Made by a program: the position numbers and the translations under genes
Source of the DNA: a virus
Lineage: Duplodnaviria; Caudoviricetes
Strand: one strand, 5' to 3'
IMG/VR virus record: IMGVR_UViG_3300020455_000019
Location: 1 to 51,013 of that record
DNA: 51,013 nucleotides
Notes under the pieces: model-generated
What the model was told of the DNA's origin: nothing
Database searches by the model: none
What the model saw: the letters and a program-made list of their open reading frames with translations, nothing else
Part shown: positions 44,301 through 51,013 of the stretch, piece after piece
Numbering within the stretch: position 1 is the first letter of the stretch
Layout: each line of letters starts with the position of its first letter

Positions 44301-45781
44301 TTTATCCCTATTTGAGTTACATCACATTCTCTAGTATTTGAAAACGTAGCAATATCACATTTTTGAACCACTAAACTTTCATAAGGCATCAAAGCATCAG
44401 TTTTGTTTGTGAATCTCATCCAACCACCTTCATCCGTTTTCATCTTGTATCTCTTGCCTTGATATTGCATATTTCCAAACTGATCAGGGACACCATAAGG
44501 TGTCCAAATATTTGCATCTGTTTCTCTGTAGACCGTTGCCAATGCTGAACCAACCATATATTGCTGACCTAAAGCCATATTCGTATCCGTGTCTTCTCTT
44601 GTTGAATCAGCAACAGCCTTTGCATCTCCACTTCCCCAAGGTGAAAATTTATCCCATCTTTGATTTCGATCAGTTGCTCGCTCGTTTATGTTTTCGATCC
44701 AAGCCTCTTCATTTTCTTCTTTATGAATAATTAAATCAAAGTCATGATCTTTCCCTACCTCAACACCAGCACCAACTGGTTTACTAATACTGAGTAAGTG
44801 AACATATCTTGGGAAGAAATGAACCATCTTCTGACGTTTTATTTCTAAATCATCTTTAACTTGTCTACTCATGCCTTCTGAGAACATTAATAATTCCCAA
44901 TTAATTTTATAAGCACTTCCATTTGGCATTGGAGCGTAAACCCCAAATCTTGCGTTGGACACAGGAGTTTTTGCACTTGAAAACGAAGGTTTCCATGTCC
45001 AATTACCATTTGAATTTAAAACCTTGACCATGAAAGGATCATTCTCGTCATATTCTTTGCCGCCACGAACATCATGTGTCTGATTAAATGCCTTACCTCC
45101 ATGATCATCACTACCTTTTAAACGATTTTTTGCACGACCACCCTTAGAAAAATAAAGTTTGAACCTTGACAAAGGAAAAGCATCTAAAAATGATTCACCT
45201 AAAGCAAAACTCTTCAATTGCGGATGTTGACCTAATTCACCCTGAGAAAACAAACAAATAGCGTTAATTTCCTGACCATATTGTGTATCACAAATTCGTG
45301 ACCAAAGAAGTTGACTTGAAACTCTTATCCCATAAGGAGATCTTGCATAAACCAAAGGAATAAAAGAACCTAATACAGCTAAATCTTGTATTGTTTCAAA
45401 TCCACTAACAGGGTTAAATTTACTTCTACCTTGAACACCACTTAACTGTAAATTTGGTCCAGCATTGGGTTCTTTTGGTTTAGGAGTGAGCAAATAAAGA
45501 GCAACATTTATAGCGACACTGACTGCAACTTTTACAAAAAAAGCTTTCCATGTCATCGTACCAACCAGAGTTACAGGATCACACCTAATATCTGGAATTA
45601 ATTCATATCCTTTTCTCGAATCTTTGTGATACTTAAAAGTTAAATCTAAAAACTGTAAATACTCCTTATCAGTTATACCAAGTGCATTACATAGTTCTAT
45701 TTCATAGGGTAATAAAGTTCTAAAACCTCCAAATAGGTTAGAGGACTCCATTGAACTGTCGTCTTTACGAATGATAGCCAA
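41315..45781 (-). CDS. Tail tip/central fibre protein (lambda I/J-like)
   Basis: 1488 aa; LLTPKPK, LGSFIPLVY, VYDLLTN.DYGAG, YKIESITHGEEGFIKIAASH; true start may be a few codons downstream. Confidence 0.8.
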   Translation of the reverse strand: MAIIRKDDSSMESSNLFGGFRTLLPYEIELCNALGITDKEYLQFLDLTFKYHKDSRKGYELIPDIRCDPVTLVGTMTWKAFFVKVAVSVAINVALYLLTPKPKEPNAGPNLQLSGVQGRSKFNPVSGFETIQDLAVLGSFIPLVYARSPYGIRVSSQLLWSRICDTQYGQEINAICLFSQGELGQHPQLKSFALGESFLDAFPLSRFKLYFSKGGRAKNRLKGSDDHGGKAFNQTHDVRGGKEYDENDPFMVKVLNSNGNWTWKPSFSSAKTPVSNARFGVYAPMPNGSAYKINWELLMFSEGMSRQVKDDLEIKRQKMVHFFPRYVHLLSISKPVGAGVEVGKDHDFDLIIHKEENEEAWIENINERATDRNQRWDKFSPWGSGDAKAVADSTREDTDTNMALGQQYMVGSALATVYRETDANIWTPYGVPDQFGNMQYQGKRYKMKTDEGGWMRFTNKTDALMPYESLVVQKCDIATFSNTRECDVTQIGIKSTVWRQISGNANLNEVPSRERIVSYEKDGGTISVGSISKYVTRLSFFKLQAKILNTDAEKVSWTDVCSRVFCVKGSTNQPQYNSINIKHINKKPLEYRFLPVPGNVVLNHYTDRDFYVLSYGGKLHTTSFQLRNDANVITVTASAYFHAQTETLPSRSLVGAGNGVTNNIEWVRGGLGSGYITDDSGNPVAAGTPVTAISPKSIGEDNWSAPAFDWKQDSFEPPQVTPAINNVNGEPWNRDGTNPELNDYVYWGTGPGPDPNGANYGNWGRPTVTSNSSGSYFQSSPMVRNFKGNPGTIEDGVEKTILGHNSYFSHYHGIALTETFIGGGRTRWQYWFGGTLIPVGKNPTFEVDAIDGGTYADMWTTAIEEFDKDGNPTGIWHRFRRARNPVRNGTGPDWRYQKNTDGVKVNYYAIAVQFQDRTEPEVVVTHHDVTQVGDTNGESLKITKSVKSWTNDDNQARSYTTYEIQDGYSGKGYLTGDKVQISDGSGRNFTLTAGEPFVDPDEQFDQDAGDTNFSNNSSHTTYFYDQRDTNPNNAIADYFMYDTESSSHENGSEHEITHVNEIIDEGETSATANINYEKLAIGGLRIAAGVNFNQFSSLSCHIEEGIKVQRLINDNGTDTTIDLQTGLSSYFESTDNIVEIVYDLLTNTDYGAGDIAGIKAVKVDDMQEAARYCRQNQFRWNGIIDKKFNIREFIFQNAGYCFLDFCVVGGQFSLRPSFPTIGDGGPIRYNITKSQMESEVKGLFTDGNIKDLQVTFLTPEERKMFKATVIYRQDEIDGFPENKAKTFAYRKPGLSDSEFYSNAEALPEEVFDMSGWCSNENHAKKFAAFALVTRKDVDHGISFETTPISVLKLIAGDYIRVMTEATHTSRFKNGSVDDEGNIISRETISGVQKVYYWKPETENGVQFGSFYFDGSGTTGGALKGSLFTVLDDTTEDRLYKIESITHGEEGFIKIAASHVPFDDSGYMSVLRYTNPSDSHFNSRFPELF

Positions 45782-46068
45782 CCGCCTTTCCAGTAAACAG
45801 CCATACCATAGCCTTTTTCTGCTTTACACAGAGCTACAACACCAATATTAGCGGTTGTTGTCTGTCTTCCCCACCTTTTTAATTCATCACGAAACACCTC
45901 ATAATCTTTTTGCCTTAAACGCCTATACCAAGATCTTGGTGGCTCTGGGCTTTCAATGCCATAATTTCTTAAAACTTCTCTAGCCAGACTTAGACAATCT
46001 GCTGCCTTATGCTTGTCAGGTGTTGCGCCTAAACGATAAGGCAAACCCAAAAGCAATTCAGTTTTCAT
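45697..46068 (-). CDS. Tail assembly protein K-like (NlpC/P60 fold)
   Basis: LLGLPYRLGA...ADCLSLAREVL. Confidence 0.75.
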   Translation of the reverse strand: MKTELLLGLPYRLGATPDKHKAADCLSLAREVLRNYGIESPEPPRSWYRRLRQKDYEVFRDELKRWGRQTTTANIGVVALCKAEKGYGMAVYWKGGWLSFVKTTVQWSPLTYLEVLELYYPMK

Positions 46069-46598
46069 TTGGTTCTTATATTTCCTGTTACTGGTAAATG
46101 ACCAACTAATGAACTTGTTAAAAATCTTCCAATATTTCCACCAACAGCATCAACACCTGTTGAAAGCATTATTTCTATAGTTGTTGCATCGTATCCCATT
46201 GAAGTAACAGTCCAACAATCAGTTGAGATCGTATCTTCAACAATCGTAAACGCTGTATTCATTTTACAAATATGGACATAAACACACCAACTCTTATCAA
46301 CAGCATCATGTGCATAATTCATAGACAACTTACTATAAGTAGAAGTTCCATCTCTTAACGTACTTGTATTTGATAAGACTAAAGTAGCTTCAAGATTATC
46401 TCCACTTTTAGATTGTGTTGCACCTGAATAAAGGAAACTTAGATATTTATAAACACCAGTTCCAAAAACAGGACTATTAAAAGAAATTCCAGCCCTGGTT
46501 GGCTCTGAGTTTTGAAACCTTTCTTCTGGCCCTAAAGCTCTTAGCTTTTTAGGATCATAAAAATCAATAAAAACAGATATTGGAACTAAACCTGACAT
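46065..46598 (-). CDS. Minor tail protein (gpL-like position)
   Basis: Follows the tape measure; LSTGVDAVG...LVGHLP.TG C-terminal motif. Confidence 0.65.
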   Translation of the reverse strand: MSGLVPISVFIDFYDPKKLRALGPEERFQNSEPTRAGISFNSPVFGTGVYKYLSFLYSGATQSKSGDNLEATLVLSNTSTLRDGTSTYSKLSMNYAHDAVDKSWCVYVHICKMNTAFTIVEDTISTDCWTVTSMGYDATTIEIMLSTGVDAVGGNIGRFLTSSLVGHLPVTGNIRTK

Positions 46599-49500
46599 TA
46601 GATTCCTATCCGTGATCTAGCGGAACGACTATTTTGTAATGATCTTAGCGTTCTTGTCTCTCCCCTTGAAGCACCTTGGTTTGCAGCCTCATTAATAATG
46701 CTACTAACAGCAGATCTTGGTACATATTCATCACCGTTAAAGTTTAATGTTGGCCCTGTGTAATTCACGGTTGTTGCACCACCGCCACCGCCTTGCATTG
46801 CAACCCCAAGTCTTCCACCTCTTCCTCTTTGCAGCGGTAAAATTGCCTCTGGGCCAGCCTCGCCCATGATCCCTAGTTGTGAACCGCCATACTTAAACAT
46901 GGTGGGTTTGCTAACAACACCGCCTTTGTAATAAGGAACAATACCGTTCTTAGCAAATGCGTTGCCTTTTGCACTCTTAATTAATTTCATATCTTTTAAA
47001 GCATCACCCAATACATCGCCTGCCTGCGTACCAACAGAAGGCGCACCTATGTTACCTAAAGCAGAAGTTAAAATACCGAACAATGGTTTGGTGATTGTTT
47101 GTCGAATCATTAATCTTGCTAAATCGGCAAGGACACTTCTTACTAAGTCTTTAATTGCAAGTTTTCCTGTTTGAACAAACTGCAATATTGAATCTTCTAA
47201 TTTCTTAAATCCATTTACTGCTACCTGTTCAAGTGCGTCATCAAAATTCTCTAATTCTTTTGCAAACTTAGCGAATGGTGAATCTCCTCCTTCGCCACCC
47301 CCAAGTAGAGCATCAAATTCCTTCTTTAGTTTCGCTAAATCTTCCGTACTACCATTTTGAGATTTCCTATAGTCTTCAATAGCTTCAGTTAATGCAGCAT
47401 ATTCTTCTTTTAATTTTGCAATTTTATTAATTCTGGAAGCTTTACCAGCTTTACTATCATTATTTTCCAGTTCTGTAATTTTTCTTTGAATATCTAATCT
47501 TCTCTTAAATACTTTATTCACATCTTCTTCAGTAGCTGAACCATCATTTAATTTTGCAATCAATCTATCTTGTGCTGTAGCAAATCTATGAGCAGCAATT
47601 GCAGCAGCAGTAAGACCAGCAGCTAAAGCAACATAAGGATTAGCGTATGCAGCAATATTTGCTTTGATCTGAGCAAGAGTTAAAGCCTTTAGCCCAATTA
47701 TAAATTTAACAATTTGTGCAATTACTAGCTTTAAATCCCATGCGATTAAAGCAATCTTAAATTTCAAAGCTGAAATAGCCGCTGCTGCCATCGCACCTCC
47801 AACTACTGCTGTAACAGATGCAAACTCATGGAAATTATCAATAACAAATCGAACAACTCCAGCCAACGCTCCAAATACTTTAGCTGCAATATTGCCAACA
47901 AAAGTAAGTGATGGAACTAATGCAGTCAGTAATTCTGCGCCAATGATTTGGAATTGCGCTCCAACATCTTTTAACGAACCACCAACTGCAATCTTCATCT
48001 TATTCATTGCAATTTGCGCTCTTGCGCCTGCCTCTTCATTTGACTCTGCAATCTTCCTTGCTAATGGTTCATATTCTTTTCCTAAGCTTGTAATAAACTT
48101 ACTTAGCATGTCTAATCCTACTGTTCCATCTTTAAGATTTTTCTGTAATTCTTGCGTAGAAATATCATTTGCTTTAGCAAACTTTGTTACTGCCGCTGGA
48201 AATCTTTCACCCAATTGTCCACTTAATTCCTCCGCAGATACCTTGCCCTTACTGAAGATTTGCACCATTGCAGTGATCGCAGATTTAACATCATCTGCAC
48301 TACCAGCAGTACCTTTAATTGCAACTGTTGTATTCAAAAATGCTTCGGTTGCGTTATGAATATTTCCACCAGCACCTAAAACAGCAGCACTCAATCTTGT
48401 CATTCCTCGTATCGCTACTTCTTGCGGTACGTTGTAAACTTCAACTGCTTTTGTAATAGCAGCTTGTGCTACTTCATAATTTTCTGTTGTTTTAGTTATT
48501 CCTCTTAATGCAATATTTGCCTTCTCAATTTGTGAAGCATATTCAGTAGAACCACCAATCGCTTGAGAAACTGGTGTCAGAACTTGACTAGCGACAAGAC
48601 CACCAGTAATCGCACCGCCTGCCATGTCACCACCAGGCCGTAACGCTTCAATACCAGCACCGATACCTGCACCTAAGAAACCAGCAGGGCCGCCAACGAA
48701 TCCAGCACCTAATATTGACTGTCCTGTTCTTCTTAAGTTTTGACCGCTGAATTTGTTTGAATTTAGCCTTGTCAACGCTTTATCTGTATTAGCAATAGCT
48801 TTTGTTGCTCTCCTAAACGAAGCAGACGCAGGATCTAAACCATTTCTAATCTCATCTAGTTTTGATCTTTGTTTTGTAAGACTATTAATATTTTTATTTT
48901 GTAATTTAGTAGAATCTGCAACTCTTACTAAATACTCATCTAAACTTTCTACTGTTTGCTTTATTCCAGAAGATTGTTTAGAAGCAAAACCTGCATCATA
49001 GACAGCTAACGCACCAGCCTTCCCTACACTTGTTTGTCCAGCAGCAGGCAACGCTTTCATCGTTGTAACTCTTGTTTTTAGCTTTTCGTTTGCTTCAGAT
49101 AATATTTTTGATAGCTCTTTATCTTTTTTAATTATAAGTTTTGAAGTTTCAACCCACTCTTTTCCACCAATTTTTAAATTTTTTAAATCTGCTCCTAAAT
49201 CTTGTATTTCAGCAGCATAACCAGCTTCTGTCTTTGGATAACTAAGAGATTGGCCTAATCCAAACTTATCTTGCCTAGATATTTTGCCAAATTTACTAAT
49301 TGTTTCTTGAACTTTTGATTCTTGTCCACCTCCTGCAAAAAATTGATCAAAAGAAGGGAATTTTAAACCAAATTTATCTCCTCTAGTTGTTGTTGAATAT
49401 CCAGTTCTTGACTTTAAATATTCAGACTCCATCCCTTTGTAAGTAGGAGATGGCAATCCAACCATCGCCATTACGTTTTGGAACTGTTGAGCTAAAGGAG

Positions 49501-50494
49501 ATTTATCTCTAAAAGCTCTAGTCGATGGGCCAGGAAAAGTCTGACCTCCAAAATAAGTAGCACCTATTGATGGGCCTAAAGTATCGGCTCTAGCATCTTG
49601 GAAAACTTTTGATCTTGCTCTACTTTCTTGAAACCTTATAGAAACTTCAGAAGCCCTTGTCTGCGCTTTTGCAAGTGCAATTTGTTCAGCAGCCCTTAAG
49701 TTTTGTTGACCTAAAATCTTTGTGTTTTGACCTTCTTCAGCATTGATTTTTGTAAGAACTTTTAAGTAACTATTTGAAGCAACATCTAAGCCTTGAGTAA
49801 GTCCAAGTGCATCTAATTGAGTTTGATTTAATCTTCCTGTATTTTTAAAATCATCAACATTATAAATAGAACCTCTTCCTGCTCCAACACTTGCTCTATC
49901 TTTAATAAAATCCATCCTGTTGCCAGCAGGAAAACTTCTTCGATCTATAGCTCCTGCTTTTGTATAAGAAACATTATTAAGAAATTTCTGTTGTGCTTCA
50001 CTTAAACTTTCAAAAGTTCTATTAGTAAGCAACAACTGTAAAGACGCAATCCTTTGATTAAAATCAGATTGTGTTCCTGAACCTCTTACATTCTTATCAG
50101 TAAAATAAGAACTACTCATTGCGCCAAAAGTGGCATCTCTGCCTGGGCCTCTTGGTGTTCCTCTTCTGGCTGTGATTTCTTTTTCTAATGCAATGCGCTC
50201 TCTAAGCACATTGTTCATTCCTTTTATATCTGAAGTTAAGGATTGATAAGCTTTCCCTTGGAAATTAGTCCTGTCTCTTAATTTCTCAAATGCTTGTATT
50301 TGCCCTTTTAATCCAGAATTAGTCCTGAAAGTTTCTTTTCCAAACTCTTTAATACTTTTAGCAATATCAATAAAAGACTTATCAGCTTTTTTGCTTCTTT
50401 CTTGTATTACTTGTAAAGCCTTTCCTAAACCCTGAACGTCTTCAAAACCATCAATAACGGCCTTTAGGGTCAGTTTTCCAACTTGTCCTGCCAT
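46598..50494 (-). CDS. Tape measure protein
   Basis: 1298 aa, helical and Ala/Gly-rich; QIFSKGKVSAEELSGQLGER domain; C-terminal GGVV..PT..MGEAGPEAILPL. Confidence 0.95.
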   Translation of the reverse strand: MAGQVGKLTLKAVIDGFEDVQGLGKALQVIQERSKKADKSFIDIAKSIKEFGKETFRTNSGLKGQIQAFEKLRDRTNFQGKAYQSLTSDIKGMNNVLRERIALEKEITARRGTPRGPGRDATFGAMSSSYFTDKNVRGSGTQSDFNQRIASLQLLLTNRTFESLSEAQQKFLNNVSYTKAGAIDRRSFPAGNRMDFIKDRASVGAGRGSIYNVDDFKNTGRLNQTQLDALGLTQGLDVASNSYLKVLTKINAEEGQNTKILGQQNLRAAEQIALAKAQTRASEVSIRFQESRARSKVFQDARADTLGPSIGATYFGGQTFPGPSTRAFRDKSPLAQQFQNVMAMVGLPSPTYKGMESEYLKSRTGYSTTTRGDKFGLKFPSFDQFFAGGGQESKVQETISKFGKISRQDKFGLGQSLSYPKTEAGYAAEIQDLGADLKNLKIGGKEWVETSKLIIKKDKELSKILSEANEKLKTRVTTMKALPAAGQTSVGKAGALAVYDAGFASKQSSGIKQTVESLDEYLVRVADSTKLQNKNINSLTKQRSKLDEIRNGLDPASASFRRATKAIANTDKALTRLNSNKFSGQNLRRTGQSILGAGFVGGPAGFLGAGIGAGIEALRPGGDMAGGAITGGLVASQVLTPVSQAIGGSTEYASQIEKANIALRGITKTTENYEVAQAAITKAVEVYNVPQEVAIRGMTRLSAAVLGAGGNIHNATEAFLNTTVAIKGTAGSADDVKSAITAMVQIFSKGKVSAEELSGQLGERFPAAVTKFAKANDISTQELQKNLKDGTVGLDMLSKFITSLGKEYEPLARKIAESNEEAGARAQIAMNKMKIAVGGSLKDVGAQFQIIGAELLTALVPSLTFVGNIAAKVFGALAGVVRFVIDNFHEFASVTAVVGGAMAAAAISALKFKIALIAWDLKLVIAQIVKFIIGLKALTLAQIKANIAAYANPYVALAAGLTAAAIAAHRFATAQDRLIAKLNDGSATEEDVNKVFKRRLDIQRKITELENNDSKAGKASRINKIAKLKEEYAALTEAIEDYRKSQNGSTEDLAKLKKEFDALLGGGEGGDSPFAKFAKELENFDDALEQVAVNGFKKLEDSILQFVQTGKLAIKDLVRSVLADLARLMIRQTITKPLFGILTSALGNIGAPSVGTQAGDVLGDALKDMKLIKSAKGNAFAKNGIVPYYKGGVVSKPTMFKYGGSQLGIMGEAGPEAILPLQRGRGGRLGVAMQGGGGGATTVNYTGPTLNFNGDEYVPRSAVSSIINEAANQGASRGETRTLRSLQNSRSARSRIGI

Positions 50495-50844
50495 TACTTA
50501 GAGTCCTTGTTAATTTCTTTTAATGCTGCTGCTTCCATAACCTTTAGGTCTTCAAGCATTGCAACACGGTTCTCTACATTGTATAGCTCAAACAAACCTC
50601 CTGCACCTAATAAAACTTCATATTTCAAGCCAACAAAACCACTCATGGAAACATTCCATTGAGTTTGCATCCTCAAAAACATTAATACTGTTTCCCAGTT
50701 CTGTTCCCACACAACGCATCCTTTCTCTTTCTCTTCAGGCTTCTCAGGCAGTTTAATACCAAATATCTTGGCATCTTCATCTGCCTGTTTTTCTGATTCG
50801 CTGCCACCCGAAGCCCAATAAAGAGCAGCATCAGTTAGTTTTTT
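50494..50844 (-). CDS. Tail assembly chaperone GT extension (-1 frame)
   Basis: Open -1 frame from the slippery site: KLTDAALYW...VWEQNWETVLMFLRMQTQW...GLKYE. Confidence 0.85.
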   Translation of the reverse strand, partial: KKLTDAALYWASGGSESEKQADEDAKIFGIKLPEKPEEKEKGCVVWEQNWETVLMFLRMQTQWNVSMSGFVGLKYEVLLGAGGLFELYNVENRVAMLEDLKVMEAAALKEINKDSK

Positions 50845-51013
50845 TCGTCAGCCGTTGCATAGAAAGTTTGAAATGCTTTTACTATTCCTTGAACAAAATC
50901 AACATCTTCTGAAAAATCTTTCAAATTTTTTTGGCTAAAAGGAATATCTTTATCTTCTTCATCTTTTATGTCTGACCAGCCAACAATGATTGATTTTAAA
51001 GCGTCATAATCTT
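50835..51013 (-). CDS. Tail assembly chaperone G, 3' fragment
   Basis: ...LKSIIVGWSDIKDEEDKDIPFS...ADEKN stop. Confidence 0.85.
   Translation of the reverse strand, partial: DYDALKSIIVGWSDIKDEEDKDIPFSQKNLKDFSEDVDFVQGIVKAFQTFYATADEKN
50838..50844 (-). other. Programmed -1 ribosomal frameshift site A AAA AAC
   Basis: GAA AAA AAC TAA ends the G ORF; X XXY YYZ heptamer; the -1 frame is open to 50494. Confidence 0.88.

Noticed and set aside
45697-46068. Endolysin
   Set aside because: The NlpC/P60-like ORF sits in the gpK position of the tail-tip operon, so it is most likely a tail assembly protein

Overview
Most of the genome of an AT-rich, lambda-like (cos/GpA-terminase) siphovirus. The gene set and small-protein motifs point to a marine cyanophage, probably with a Prochlorococcus or Synechococcus host (inference). 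The window opens inside a head-tail joining gene and ends inside the tail chaperone, so only the head and neck block appears to be missing. The order is: terL - inserted HNH - terS - probable cos region - early/host-takeover block (3.6-9.8 kb) built from repeat-bounded expression cassettes - replication/recombination block (primase-VapE, VRR-NUC, Mom-like DNA modifier, SF2 helicase, RecE/RecT-like, SSB, ParB-like) - many small cyanophage-type ORFs with candidate structured RNAs - a seven-gene envelope/secreted-protein module at the usual lysis position - a receptor-binding protein, a 2917-aa repeat fibre, tail tip genes, tape measure and a G/GT -1 frameshift. No integrase, DNA polymerase, recognisable endolysin, tRNA or CRISPR is visible. 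The most unusual elements are two paralogous ~300-bp intergenic devices (GAGTC repeats + a perfect 39-40 bp purine-pyrimidine alternation + terminator + polar CGTC block + promoter) and the endolysin-less envelope module. All family assignments come from motif recognition by eye and were not confirmed by database searches.
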